Assembly (NCBI GenBank): GCA_013359225.1
Contig: JABWCG010000004.1
Span: 1,550-65,549 of the forward strand
DNA from: Candidatus Buchananbacteria bacterium
Lineage (GTDB): Bacteria > Patescibacteriota > Patescibacteriia > Buchananbacterales > UBA6539
Length of the DNA: 64,000 bases
Reading direction: 5' to 3'
Shown: piece by piece, positions 1 to 10,588 of the stretch
Layout: each line of letters starts with the position of its first letter
Numbering within the stretch: the first letter of the stretch is position 1
Position numbers and translations under genes: made by a program
Notes under the pieces: generated by a model
The model's database searches: none
What the model saw: only the letters and a program-made list of their open reading frames with translations
What the model was told of the DNA's origin: nothing

Positions 1-125
1 GCCATTTTTGATTCAAACCGGGTTTCTGAAACGCACACCCAAGGGCCGAATGGCAACCGAACTCGCCTATCGCCACCTTGGACTTGACGATACTAAAAAC
101 CGACACAAGCTGCTATAATTAAATT

Positions 126-371
126 ATGGAGATTTCACTTTCACTATTCTATTTCATCTACCTAATCTTTGTTGTCATCTTTTTATTTTTCACATTTGCT
201 AACGTTTATCACCTCCTGCGCTTTGGTTTTCTCAGCGTTAGTAATCTGGTACTGGTGGCATTTTATATTCTAGGATCAGTTGCAATTCTCGCCATCTCAT
301 GGGGCTATATCGGTCAAATTGACTGGACTCAAATGATTCCCATTATGACTCAGGTACAAGTATCATTATGA
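126..371 (+). CDS. small integral membrane protein (2-3 TM), unknown function; stop overlaps the next start (ATGA)
   Basis: ATG start, hydrophobic 81-aa product, 4-nt overlap with the downstream ORF suggests translational coupling. Confidence 0.4.
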   Translation: MEISLSLFYFIYLIFVVIFLFFTFANVYHLLRFGFLSVSNLVLVAFYILGSVAILAISWGYIGQIDWTQMIPIMTQVQVSL

Positions 372-934
372 TCAAATTTTTTATTCCTCACCGCAAAGAC
401 GGCGAAAAAATTATTTTTTTCCTGCGACGCCACCCATTTACGATTGCCATTAAAATCGTCTTTTGGGCGATTGTCGCTATAATGCCATTAGCATTTCATC
501 TTATCCTGGAAGACACCGTATCGTCGTTATTAACCAACCAGTATATCGCGCCGATTATTATTTTGTTCTTGAGCCTCTACTACCTCTACGTCTGGCTATT
601 CATGTTCCATAGTTTTGTCGACTACTACCTGGATGTTTGGATTGTTACTAATCACCGAGTTATTAATATTGAACAAAAAGGATTATTTTCTCGGACTGTC
701 TCCGAACAAAAAATGTACCGCATCCAGGACGTGACTTCGGAACTTAAAGGATTGTTTGGAACATTCCTGGATTTTGGAACGGTCTATATTCAAACCGCCG
801 GTGAACAAGCCAGGTTTATCTTTAAACAAATTCCCCAACCACAAGAAGTGGCCCGAAAAATTAACCAGCTAGTTGAAGAAAACAAAAAATATCACGAGCT
901 AGAGATACAAAAAAACGGCCGTGAGGCCGACTAA
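368..934 (+). CDS. membrane-anchored bacterial PH-domain protein (YdbS/bPH_2-like)
   Basis: N-terminal two TM helices followed by a soluble roughly 100-aa domain with the pattern seen in DUF304/bPH_2 proteins; ATG start. Confidence 0.45.
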   Translation: MIKFFIPHRKDGEKIIFFLRRHPFTIAIKIVFWAIVAIMPLAFHLILEDTVSSLLTNQYIAPIIILFLSLYYLYVWLFMFHSFVDYYLDVWIVTNHRVINIEQKGLFSRTVSEQKMYRIQDVTSELKGLFGTFLDFGTVYIQTAGEQARFIFKQIPQPQEVARKINQLVEENKKYHELEIQKNGREAD

Positions 935-946
935 CCAACGCTTAAT

Positions 947-985
947 AAAAATATGGCAAACATCGTGCCATATTTTTGTTTTTGT
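947..985 (+). terminator. Rho-independent terminator
   Basis: aaaatatggca / tgccatatttt stem followed by T-rich run. Confidence 0.5.
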
Positions 986-1074
986 TTTGGTTGTACGCTC
1001 GAAAAGAACAAATATATGATCGCCAATGATTTAAAGTATCGCCGGACCGGCGAACACGACTGGCGTTATTTGTA

Positions 1075-1353
1075 TTAAAATCGAAAATAACCCTGGCTAA
1101 GCTTTTCACTTACAAGCTGCCCCGGCAAATACGCTGCTGACTGTTCAATCAAAGGAGCCGCCTCAACAGTTGACTGGTTACTCAGCAAATTAGTCGACAA
1201 ACGCAGCAGCAAACCAACTGCTATAACAATAAAAAAAGCACTGATTAAACTCACCAGGAGCTGGCGCGAAATCAGGCTTTGAGGCAGGGCTTTATTATAC
1301 TGCACCATCCCAAACAGAGACAGCACATCATGACCGGATTGAATTTTTGACAT
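1075..1353 (-). CDS. hypothetical small membrane protein
   Basis: ORF with one TM segment; no recognisable RBS; weak. Confidence 0.2.
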   Translation of the reverse strand: MSKIQSGHDVLSLFGMVQYNKALPQSLISRQLLVSLISAFFIVIAVGLLLRLSTNLLSNQSTVEAAPLIEQSAAYLPGQLVSEKLSQGYFRF

Positions 1354-1519
1354 ACAATTTGCTTTTTATTTTTGTTTTTTGGCTTGAACCGGAAAATGCG
1401 GTTCAAAAAAGAGAGTCTGTCTTGAGCTCTCTAAAATCAGTATAGCACATCTAAAAAATTTTGTCAATAAAAACCCATAAAACTTTGTATATTTACCAAA
1501 ATTAAGATATTATCTTAAT

Positions 1520-2959
1520 ATGAGCGAAGTCCAAAAAATTGCCCATAACACGATTATTCAACTAATCGGCAAGGCGCTAACAATCGGTTTAGCGCTGATT
1601 ATTTTTGGTTTCATCGCCCGCTATTTAGGGCAAGGCGGTTTTGGTCACTACTCAACCATCTACGCCTATATGGCAATCTTCGGTATCCTGGTGGACCTCG
1701 GGCTGCAGATGACTACTACTAAAATGATTTCCGATCCGGCCGAAAATGAAAATACAATCATTAATAACGCGCTGGCAATCCGATTTATCAGCTCGTTTCT
1801 GTTTTTAACGCTCGCGGCGTTTATTGCCGTGCTCATGCCGTATGGAACGATTGTTAAACTGGGCATCATTATTGCCGTTGCCGGTTTTACTGCTTCGGCC
1901 CTCACCACGGTTTTAACAAGTCACTTCCAAAAAAACCTTACCACCCATCAAATGGTTATTGCCGAACTAGCCGGTAAAACCGCTACGCTGACGTTAGTCA
2001 TAATGGCAATCAAACTCAATGTTGGGTTACTGGGCGTAGTCAGCGCCACCATGCTTGACAGTGTCATCGTCTGTGCTGCTGCCTGGGGCTTTGCCAACAA
2101 AACACTCCGGCTTCGTTTAGCCTTTGACCCTGAAGTCTGGCAAAAAATTTTTTCAGCCACTTGGCCAATTGGCATAACTATTGCGTTAAACCTGATCTAT
2201 TTCAAGGGAGACATTTTTATTATGTCGCTGATTAAAACCCCAAACGATGTCGGGCTGTATGCTGCTCCCTACCGGGTGCTGGAAGTATTAATCAACTTTG
2301 TGTATCTAATTCTCGGCCTACTTTTGCCGCTTTTAGCGGCCGCTTGGGCAGTCAAAGACCTAGCTAAATTAAAACGGGTAATCCAGGGCGGATTTGACTT
2401 TCTAATCAGCATTAGTGTTCCCATGATCGTTGGCGGCTATTTTGCCGGCGAAAGCTTAATGACCCTTGTCGCTGGTAAAGATTTTATTATTTCCGGACAA
2501 ATCATCAAAATTTTACTGATCGCCACCGGACTGATTTTTATGGCGGGATTGTTTGGCTACGCTATCGTCGCTATTGGCGAACAAAAAAAGATGATCAAGT
2601 TCTATGCCGGCAACGCCATCTTTGCTATCGTCGGCTATATTTATTTTATCAATCGTTATTCCTATTGGGGTGCGGCCTGGATGACTGTGGCCACCGAACT
2701 GATTATGTTGCTCTCAACAATATATATCCTTAAAAAACAAATCAGTTTCTTACCACGGATTACTATTATTTATAAAGCGCTGGGGGCTAGTGTTGTTATG
2801 GCTTTATTCTTGGCGTACATACCATTAGCTAATTTCGTACTTTTAGTTCTGGCAGGCGCAACCATCTATGTAATTTGTCTATACATCTTTGGTGGATTTG
2901 ATAAAAAAATAATTCAAGAAATTATCAGCGTTAAAAAACATGAAGGCATTAGTCATTAA
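1520..2959 (+). CDS. polysaccharide biosynthesis protein / oligosaccharide flippase (MOP/Wzx-MurJ-like, 12-14 TM)
   Basis: 479-aa polytopic membrane protein with the typical Wzx/MurJ-like layout; adjacent to an O-antigen-ligase-like gene. Confidence 0.65.
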   Translation: MSEVQKIAHNTIIQLIGKALTIGLALIIFGFIARYLGQGGFGHYSTIYAYMAIFGILVDLGLQMTTTKMISDPAENENTIINNALAIRFISSFLFLTLAAFIAVLMPYGTIVKLGIIIAVAGFTASALTTVLTSHFQKNLTTHQMVIAELAGKTATLTLVIMAIKLNVGLLGVVSATMLDSVIVCAAAWGFANKTLRLRLAFDPEVWQKIFSATWPIGITIALNLIYFKGDIFIMSLIKTPNDVGLYAAPYRVLEVLINFVYLILGLLLPLLAAAWAVKDLAKLKRVIQGGFDFLISISVPMIVGGYFAGESLMTLVAGKDFIISGQIIKILLIATGLIFMAGLFGYAIVAIGEQKKMIKFYAGNAIFAIVGYIYFINRYSYWGAAWMTVATELIMLLSTIYILKKQISFLPRITIIYKALGASVVMALFLAYIPLANFVLLVLAGATIYVICLYIFGGFDKKIIQEIISVKKHEGISH

Positions 2960-3932
2960 TGACAAAATTTACGGCCGTTTTACTATCACTGAACCGGTGC
3001 TAATTGAGCTCATCACTTCCCCTTCCCTCCAACGTCTTAAAAAGATTGAGCAGCACGGAACCTGGCAGTTCCATAAAACGTATCGACACCAATTTAACCG
3101 TTATGAACATTCAGTTGGCGTCATGCTGCTATTACGGCACTTTCAGACCTCGCTTGATGAACAAGTCCACGGCTTACTGCACGACATTTCACATACCGCT
3201 TTTTCCCATGTTTCTGATTTTCTATTTGGGTCCGATTCGATGAAGCACGACTACCAAGATAACCGAATCGCCAAGGCTTATGAACTACAAGGCATTAATA
3301 AGATTCTAAAAAAACACGGAATTGATTCACAATATATTTTAAATGAAAAAAATTTTCCGCTGGCCGAAAACTTGCTGCCCGACCTTTGTGCTGACCGGAT
3401 TGATTATACCCTACGCGATCCCTGGGGCCGTGATCTAACCGCTGTTGATCCAAAACTGATTTTCAAAAATTTGCGCGTCGTTAACCAAAAATTTGCCTTT
3501 ACTTCAAAAACCTGGGCAAAAAAATTCGCCAAACTCAACTTTTTACTCAACCAAAATGTTTGGTGCCACCCAATGCAAGTATCAATCTATGTTTTGTCAG
3601 CCAACATGCTACGTGAGGCGCTAAACCAAAAAATTATCACCAAAAAAGATCTTTATTTGACCGACAAACAAGTAACTACCAAACTCAGACGAGCTAAAAA
3701 TCCAATGGTTACCTCCTACCTAAAACAGATCCAGGCCCTAAAAGTAAAGGAAGTTAGCCGACATCACGCCGATTTTGTTCGTTCATCAAAACCCCGGATT
3801 GTTAACCCCTTTTTCATTAATGGCCAAAAGCTAACCCGGCTCATGGATGTTGACGCTCAATACAAGAAACAGACCGCTACTTGGGTCAAAAAAGTCAAAA
3901 GAGGCTTTAATATAAAAATTATTAATTCGTAA
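2940..3932 (+). CDS. HD-domain phosphohydrolase
   Basis: H...HD motif (HGLLHDISHTAFSH), 330 aa; start overlaps upstream gene by 20 nt. Confidence 0.6.
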   Translation: MKALVINDKIYGRFTITEPVLIELITSPSLQRLKKIEQHGTWQFHKTYRHQFNRYEHSVGVMLLLRHFQTSLDEQVHGLLHDISHTAFSHVSDFLFGSDSMKHDYQDNRIAKAYELQGINKILKKHGIDSQYILNEKNFPLAENLLPDLCADRIDYTLRDPWGRDLTAVDPKLIFKNLRVVNQKFAFTSKTWAKKFAKLNFLLNQNVWCHPMQVSIYVLSANMLREALNQKIITKKDLYLTDKQVTTKLRRAKNPMVTSYLKQIQALKVKEVSRHHADFVRSSKPRIVNPFFINGQKLTRLMDVDAQYKKQTATWVKKVKRGFNIKIINS

Positions 3933-3934
3933 TT

Positions 3935-5218
3935 ATGTTTTGGTTTGATTTTGCCTGGGACATCCAACATGTTTTAAACCAGTGGTGGTGGCAGATTAAT
4001 TTTTTGCTATTAATCGTTTTTGTTCTACTAATCCGGCTCACCTGGAAAAAACCAATTAACGGTCTAGCATTAACCATTGTACTCTTACCCACCTACCTAA
4101 TACGGTCGCAGATTTGGTTTTTACCTTTTACTTACTTAGAAATTTGTATCTGGGCAGTGTTTCTGACTTGGTTCATTAAAAATCTGACCACTAAAAACAG
4201 CCTACAATATTTCAGTAATCCGTATCGGGCGCCAATCATCCTAATCATAATCGCGGCCACTATTTCACTATTTATCTCGCCAGAAGTTCGGCAAGCGGCC
4301 GGCCTATGGAAAGCGTACTTCATTGAACCAATCATGCTGTTTACCGTTGCGGCAAACACTATTAAAAATAAATCTGACAAAGAAACTATACTTTGGGCCC
4401 TGGGATTATCCACTCTCACCATCTCTTTGTTGGCAATCTACCAAAAATTCAGCGCCTTTGGCATTTTCCAACCAGCCTGGGTTGCAAGCGACCATCGCCG
4501 GGTTACCTCAATCTTTAGTTCGCCAAACGCCGTTGGACTGTATCTCGGGCCAATTATTATACTGTACAGCACTTGGATTATTAATGATTTTAAAAAAATT
4601 AAAGCCACTGTTTTAAAATTTATCATCATGTTGCCCGCTTTATTGGCCGTATGGTTTACCGTATCACAAGGTACTTGGCTTGGCTTGGCGGCCGCAACAG
4701 TTTTTTTGGCATTTTTTGGTTGGGATAAAAAGAAGACGATTTTGTTAGTTATCGCTGGCGGGCTTATTCTCTTTGCTACGCCCGTAATTCGCGAAAAGGC
4801 TTGGCCGATCCTAACTTTTGCCGACGCTTCGGGACAAAACCGTTTAATTCTAATTAGTATGAGCGCTGATTACCTTGGCACCAGCGCCAAAAATTTTCTG
4901 CTCGGCGCAGGTATCCTGGGATTTGCCGACATCCAAAATCAATTACGAGATCCGCTAAAACTTGAAGCGCTTCTCTACCCTCACAACATTGTTTTAAACT
5001 TTTGGCTGGAAATTGGCCTACTGGGGTTAATTGGCTTTGGCTGGATTATTGCGAAATTCTACTACAAAGGCTTAAAACAACTGCAAGCCAGCCCGGACTG
5101 GATTACCCTTGGCGTTTTAGCCGCCATGATCACTGTTCTAATCCACGGACTAATTGACGTTCCCTATTTTAAAAATGATCTGGCGGTTTTGTTTTGGTTA
5201 ATTGTGGCACTGCTTTAA
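3935..5218 (+). CDS. O-antigen ligase/polymerase-like membrane protein (Wzy_C family)
   Basis: 427 aa, about 10 TM with a large periplasmic loop; position next to the flippase. Confidence 0.5.
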   Translation: MFWFDFAWDIQHVLNQWWWQINFLLLIVFVLLIRLTWKKPINGLALTIVLLPTYLIRSQIWFLPFTYLEICIWAVFLTWFIKNLTTKNSLQYFSNPYRAPIILIIIAATISLFISPEVRQAAGLWKAYFIEPIMLFTVAANTIKNKSDKETILWALGLSTLTISLLAIYQKFSAFGIFQPAWVASDHRRVTSIFSSPNAVGLYLGPIIILYSTWIINDFKKIKATVLKFIIMLPALLAVWFTVSQGTWLGLAAATVFLAFFGWDKKKTILLVIAGGLILFATPVIREKAWPILTFADASGQNRLILISMSADYLGTSAKNFLLGAGILGFADIQNQLRDPLKLEALLYPHNIVLNFWLEIGLLGLIGFGWIIAKFYYKGLKQLQASPDWITLGVLAAMITVLIHGLIDVPYFKNDLAVLFWLIVALL

Positions 5219-5229
5219 AAAAGACAAAA

Positions 5230-5266
5230 CAAAAACCCGGTCGCCTAACACGACCGGGTTTTTTAC
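5230..5266. terminator. bidirectional Rho-independent terminator between convergent genes
   Basis: aacccggtcg ... cgaccgggtt stem, T-run after and A-run before. Confidence 0.6.
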
Positions 5267-5270
5267 ATTC

Positions 5271-5945
5271 TTATCGTCGGAAGAAACTGTCGACAATTTC
5301 TTTGGCTCGATCTTTGCCGCCGAGACCAAAGGCAATGCCTCCGGCCAAAGCAATCATGAAGACCAAGCCGGTAAACAATATCTGAATTAGTTCTGTAGCA
5401 ACGCGCAATTGAATCAGCGCGGCCATTGAGGTAAACACCAAAATAGCCCACTGGGCAATGTTAGCCAACACCTGTGCTTCTTCGATTTTAGCCGCCGTCG
5501 CCGTTTCACGAACCAGCGTGTGAACAAAATTTCCAACAATAATACCAACAATTAGTATGACAATGGAAATAATCACATGTGGAATGTACAGCACGACTGA
5601 CTGCAAAAACTGAGAAATTTGATTCAATCCCAGGATATCGGCCGCGGCCACCAAAGCAATTGCATACAGAAACCACGTCACCAATAGACCAAGCGCTTCA
5701 CTGACTGCCAGCTTAAAGCCGATCTTTTCCAAGATTTTTTTCAAGCCGGTGGTCTCCATGGCCCGATCAACATAAATTTTTTTCAAGCCGGTTGCAACTA
5801 ATTTGCCAAGCGATGAAGCGGCAAACAAAATAACAATAAAAACAATCGCCGCACCAATAATGCTTGGAATTAAATTAACAAACTTGAACCAAATTTCGAC
5901 AAAGGAAGCAGTCAACACTTCTCCCCAGTCGGTTAATGATGACAT
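5271..5945 (-). CDS. membrane protein with repeated conserved TM helices (MscS-associated TM_helix-like), function unknown
   Basis: Start trimmed to internal ATG (MSSLTDW...) preceded by AGGAGA RBS at 8-nt spacing; 4 TM plus Gly-rich helices. Confidence 0.45.
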   Translation of the reverse strand: MSSLTDWGEVLTASFVEIWFKFVNLIPSIIGAAIVFIVILFAASSLGKLVATGLKKIYVDRAMETTGLKKILEKIGFKLAVSEALGLLVTWFLYAIALVAAADILGLNQISQFLQSVVLYIPHVIISIVILIVGIIVGNFVHTLVRETATAAKIEEAQVLANIAQWAILVFTSMAALIQLRVATELIQILFTGLVFMIALAGGIAFGLGGKDRAKEIVDSFFRR

Positions 5946-6006
5946 AGGATATTCTCCTGTTTTTGCCTGATGGCAAAGCGTTAAATCTTTTAAGCACGCT
6001 CCTAGA

Positions 6007-6366
6007 TTACTGAGCGCCGGTGGCCACAATCAACTGAGTAATGACGAAGCTGGCGATGGCGTACGAAACGAAGATGATAACCAAACCGATAATACCGGCG
6101 GTAATAATCTTTTTAGCCTGACCAACTTTTTCTTCGTTACCGGCTGAAGTCAACCAGACGAAACCTCCATACAGAATAATAACGATTGCAATAATACCTA
6201 AGAATCCGAGCAAGACGTTGATGATAGCCATGATACCTTCGCGCAAGTCTTTTGTTCCAAGACCGGTGTAGGTGCCGTATTCCAAGCCGACATTTAATGC
6301 CAATGCTGGAGTAACTGTCAAAGCAAACATCAAAACTGTCAAAGCAATTAATAAAACTTTTTTCAT
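6007..6366 (-). CDS. TrbC/VirB2-like pilin-family small secreted protein (paralog A, inverted copy)
   Basis: Start at MKKVLL preceded by AAAGGGGGTGAGAA RBS; signal peptide; LLGFLGI...YGGFVWLTSAGNEEKVGQAKKII...AYAIASFV two-TM C-terminal module; about 78% identical to the copy at 18352..18711 including the upstream RBS region. Confidence 0.6.
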   Translation of the reverse strand: MKKVLLIALTVLMFALTVTPALALNVGLEYGTYTGLGTKDLREGIMAIINVLLGFLGIIAIVIILYGGFVWLTSAGNEEKVGQAKKIITAGIIGLVIIFVSYAIASFVITQLIVATGAQ

Positions 6367-6528
6367 ATTCTCACCCCCTTTCATGACTAATTTATTTAAA
6401 AATACCTTAGATATACTATACCATAAAACAACCTTAGACACCAAATTATTTACAAATGTCAACACTAAATGCTAAAATTAAACCACGAAAAACACTATTA
6501 ATAAAGATAAACGAAACCAAAAACAAAC

Positions 6529-8745
6529 ATGCGACATCATTATCCAACAACTATTCTAAAATTAAGCCTGGCCACCGTGGCTTTTTTCATCTTGGGCGGG
6601 GTTACAGCCCAAGCCAGGACGTTTGATCCAAGCAACATTATCACCGACGATGATTTGATTAACAAAAGTGCGCTGTCAAAAACTGCCATACAAAAATTTT
6701 TGGAGCGCGAAAATAGCGTTTTATCGCGCTACAGCCAAATTGTTAACGGTCAAACGCTTAAAGCGTCAGAAATCATCTGGCAAATCAGTCAAAATCACAC
6801 TATCAATCCAAAATTCCTTTTGACGACACTTGAAAAGGAACAAGCATTAGTCAGTAAAACACAGGCCACGGAAAAAGCGCTGGACTGGGCAACCGGTTAC
6901 AGCTGCTACGGCGGCGGGTGCAATGAAAAGCACCGGGGGTTTTACAACCAAGTTGATGCCGCGGCTGAAACTCAACAAATCTACTGGCAGAAAGCGGGGC
7001 AGTTTAATTTTAAAGTCGGACAAACCACTAAAAGTTTTGACGGCTACCCCGTTACGCCGGCCAATCAGGCAACGGCTAATTTGTATATCTACACTCCGTA
7101 TGTCGGCTATTCGCCGGAACTGGGTGTCACGGCGCCGTATGGTGGCAACCGGCTCTTCTGGCGAATTTGGAACCGTTACTTTACCGACCAAAAATTCTTA
7201 GACGGTCAAATTTTAACTGACGGTTCATCATATTGGTTAATTGAAAAAAATCAAAAACGAAAGTTTGCTTCAAAAGAAATTTTCTTCCAAGACCACACCA
7301 GTGACCAGGCAATCCGAGTTGGCTCGACGGATCTTGCGGCTTATCCTGATGGCCCGGCCGTTAGTTTTGCCAACAACACACTGGTAAAGTCAGATGCTTC
7401 GGGGCAAATTTATCTGCTGTCTGATGGCACTAAGCGGGCCATCGTCGACAATGCCGCCCTGGCTTTACTAAACGACTTTCGCATTGCTATAAGTGAAAAT
7501 GAAATTCCAACCGTTTCTGAGCGGCAGCTTGATAACTACCCACTAGGAAGTTTAATTTTTAGCACTTCGGTGTACCCACAGGGTAAATTGTTCAAGGACG
7601 AAACCGGAACAATTTGGCAGGTAAAAGATGGTTTAAAACACTTTGTTGACACACCGGTCTGGCAAAATCGTTTTGATTCCGAAGCCCCAGAAGACACTAC
7701 TGCTTCAACGCTAGAAAAATACCCGACTGGCGCACCAGTCAAACTTAAAGACGGCACGTTTACCCTCAGTACTAATACCGGCATCTACTACCTGATTTCA
7801 GACGGCGCGCGCATGAAAATTGAAGACTTAACAATTTTTGATCGTATTTTTGGGCCCGAAAAAAAGAACAGCGCCCTGCGCGTTTCAACCGAGCTACTTG
7901 AAGCTCACGACGCCGGTGAAGTAATCGACTATGTTGATGACACCGTTAAAGACACTGATGTACCAAACTCTGGGCCCACGCCCCCAGCCCCTGCCGGCGC
8001 TTATGCCGGAACGTTTGCCACCATGCTGCCCGAAGGGTTAATTATGATGACCGGACAAAAACAAACAGTTACGGTTACCTTCAAAAATACCGGTTCAACC
8101 CCCTGGCAACAAGGCAATGTGTGGCTTCAGGTTACTGATAAGGATAAAACCAGCTCAACGTTTGGTGTTGTCAACAAAATTGACTTTGCCGAAAACTCTG
8201 TTTCAACTAGTCAGCTAGCAACATTTACGTTTGAATTAGCTGCCCCGACTGAACAAAGCGGATTATTAAGCCAGGAATTTGGTATCTACTACAGCAAAAA
8301 TGGCGTGCCAACCAAAATTGCTTCTATTGGCAAATTCGTGATTGTAAAGCCGGGTGCGGCGGCGCAAATTGTTGAACATAACATCCCAGTTGCTGTCCGT
8401 AATACTTGGCGGCCGATTCAAATTACCATGAAAATCCAAAACAACAGCACCGACATCACTTGGTTAGCTAGAAAAACAGCTCTTGAAATTACCAACGACG
8501 ACGGTTCAACTAGTTATTTTCATGACCCTAATGACTGGATCAACAAAACTACCGCGGCAGCGGCCGTCAATAAAACATATATCAAACCTGGTGAAATCGG
8601 GGAATTTAAATTCACCCTTGACCCGCGCGGTATTAAGCGCGGAAACTATATCCTGAAATTCGGGCTCAAATTACTTGATCAAAATGGCAAAGAAATTTTC
8701 TTAAATGGCGAGCAAAACTGGAGACGAGAAATTAGAGTTGATTAA
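6529..8745 (+). CDS. large secreted protein (738 aa), unknown function; possible cell-wall/adhesion-related
   Basis: N-terminal signal peptide, no TM elsewhere, Gly/Thr-rich segments. Confidence 0.45.
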   Translation: MRHHYPTTILKLSLATVAFFILGGVTAQARTFDPSNIITDDDLINKSALSKTAIQKFLERENSVLSRYSQIVNGQTLKASEIIWQISQNHTINPKFLLTTLEKEQALVSKTQATEKALDWATGYSCYGGGCNEKHRGFYNQVDAAAETQQIYWQKAGQFNFKVGQTTKSFDGYPVTPANQATANLYIYTPYVGYSPELGVTAPYGGNRLFWRIWNRYFTDQKFLDGQILTDGSSYWLIEKNQKRKFASKEIFFQDHTSDQAIRVGSTDLAAYPDGPAVSFANNTLVKSDASGQIYLLSDGTKRAIVDNAALALLNDFRIAISENEIPTVSERQLDNYPLGSLIFSTSVYPQGKLFKDETGTIWQVKDGLKHFVDTPVWQNRFDSEAPEDTTASTLEKYPTGAPVKLKDGTFTLSTNTGIYYLISDGARMKIEDLTIFDRIFGPEKKNSALRVSTELLEAHDAGEVIDYVDDTVKDTDVPNSGPTPPAPAGAYAGTFATMLPEGLIMMTGQKQTVTVTFKNTGSTPWQQGNVWLQVTDKDKTSSTFGVVNKIDFAENSVSTSQLATFTFELAAPTEQSGLLSQEFGIYYSKNGVPTKIASIGKFVIVKPGAAAQIVEHNIPVAVRNTWRPIQITMKIQNNSTDITWLARKTALEITNDDGSTSYFHDPNDWINKTTAAAAVNKTYIKPGEIGEFKFTLDPRGIKRGNYILKFGLKLLDQNGKEIFLNGEQNWRREIRVD

Positions 8746-8800
8746 GCGTAGCTAAAATAAAAAATCGGCTTATCATGATGAGTCGATTTTTTTAATTATA

Positions 8801-9445
8801 TCAAACAAATTTTAAAAACGGTTTTTTCTTTCTAGCAATAACACACAAATCCTCCTTGATTCGATTATGCGTAAACGGTTCAACTGACAAGGGATCATCA
8901 ACTGCCAGTTGCCGAATGGCAACAAATTGTTTTGCTCTTTTAAGTTGGTACAAAAGACCTTCAAGATCATAACACCACTTATGTGCCTCATGGGGCAAGC
9001 TGTGTGCAAAAATGGAAAAATAAAAGCTGGCCGGAGCATCTTTAGGAATGCGATGATGCGCCCACCATGAAAAACCTTTGAGTTCAGAGTAGCTGTTAGC
9101 TAAATACTTTTGAATATGCACTCTTAAATCAGGAACGGTGATTAAAATATAGCCGCCAGGATTTAATAGCTTGGCACAATTTTCCAAGCAACGCTGACCT
9201 TCTTCCATGGATAAGTGTTCAAACACGTGCTGCAGACGAATAAAATCAAACGTCCCAAGAGCTGCAACAGTTTCATCAGACAAGTGAGCGATATCGGCCT
9301 GGGTGTAACGGTCTTTGAACTCCTCGGGAACCTCATGGATAGAAAATAAATCCAAATAATGAAATCCATCCTCAAAGCGATCACCACAACCAACATCAAG
9401 CCAGCGAATCTTTTTTGACACTAGTAATTGTTCTTTCAAATTCAC
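8801..9445 (-). CDS. class I SAM-dependent methyltransferase
   Basis: LDVGCGD SAM-binding motif I; GTG start preceded by AGGAGA RBS. Confidence 0.6.
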   Translation of the reverse strand: MNLKEQLLVSKKIRWLDVGCGDRFEDGFHYLDLFSIHEVPEEFKDRYTQADIAHLSDETVAALGTFDFIRLQHVFEHLSMEEGQRCLENCAKLLNPGGYILITVPDLRVHIQKYLANSYSELKGFSWWAHHRIPKDAPASFYFSIFAHSLPHEAHKWCYDLEGLLYQLKRAKQFVAIRQLAVDDPLSVEPFTHNRIKEDLCVIARKKKPFLKFV

Positions 9446-9449
9446 GTTT

Positions 9450-9680
9450 TTATTCTCCTAAATAAGTAAATCGCGGCACCGTCGCATGGTTAATTTCTAT
9501 TTGCCCTAAAAACATCTTAGCCGGCCGAACCCAAAGCCGTGACGTTTCATTGTTATATAACGCTTCATACACCACTAAATCTTCCAAGGTCTCGCTGTGC
9601 TTGGCCAAACCAATCACCCGGTACTCTTTTCCGGTGTTATGTTTTTTACGAGGTAAGAACGAAAACGCTGTAAACAGCAA
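9450..9680 (-). CDS. small DUF1653-like protein
   Basis: 76 aa with YRvIGLAKHSET...LVVYEALY...LWVRP pattern; TTG start, so the start is uncertain. Confidence 0.3.
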   Translation of the reverse strand: MLFTAFSFLPRKKHNTGKEYRVIGLAKHSETLEDLVVYEALYNNETSRLWVRPAKMFLGQIEINHATVPRFTYLGE

Positions 9681-10588
9681 TAAATCGGTATAGAAAGGCC
9701 ACTACTTCCAAATTATTGGAATGTGGTCTTTTTTTGATACTATAAGTTTATTTCAATGATGCTATATCAGTAAAACTACCTCTACAATATTTCTCGTCTT
9801 TTCATTTCCCCAAAATTGATTTTCCTCAACTTTGTAATATAAGACCACCATTAATTTACTTAGCAAGCAGTAAACTCTTGGTAACACAGTAACATTGTCT
9901 CAAAGTGTGACAAATCAATGTTTCCGTAAATAGTAAAATGTGACTAGTGAGACAGGACTACTGGACGATTTTCACTTTTGCATGTAAACGATATAATAAA
10001 AATGTAAATTTAAGGATTTATTAAATGACCGTTACTAGAGGATGGAAGCCATATATTGATTTTAATATATGTTTCTGTCTATTTTTTACTTAAAATATTC
10101 AGAATATAGCTACTATAGTAAATTGTACATAAAATTAATGTTGATGTAACTCTATTGTAACCGATATGACTTATGCTGATAGCATACTTATGCCTCCATT
10201 ATAGTAATTATCGAACGATTGTTCACTCTACTCTTCATTACAACTTATTTATTGTATTGGGAAATATTTGGGAAATATGAAACCTTTGGAACACTTTTAC
10301 AGTCTAATATTTCAGAGGACAATTTAAAGTCCTCCGATAAACATAAGAAAAGTAAAGGGAGGTGGGTGCCATGCTACATATTAGGTCGCCGGACAAACTC
10401 ATAGAACATGCTGGACAAAGAAAATAGGCTCTCGCATATCATAAAAATCTCAACACCTCGAAAGTCGGCGATTTAAGGATATTTAAGAGCCTATAGCCCT
10501 ATTATACATCAGCATTTTTGCTGAATGCAACAAAGTTTTATAAGTGTTATAAAGCGATTTGGCTACAAATGAAAGGAGTTGTTTTTCA

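Noticed and set aside
1459-1470. Recurring TTTTGTCAAT(A) motif about 35-70 nt upstream of three genes (1459..1470, 22499..22510, 55491..55500)
   Set aside because: Only three instances, and spacing to any -10-like hexamer is inconsistent. Could be a -35/UP element or chance in AT-rich spacers. Insufficient support.
1666-2175. Antisense ORFs inside the flippase gene
   Set aside because: Embedded in a well-supported polytopic membrane CDS. No independent signals.
10219-10404. 61-aa ORF in the AT-rich leader upstream of the subtilase
   Set aside because: No RBS and low-complexity; more likely untranslated leader. The region is flagged only as potentially structured RNA.
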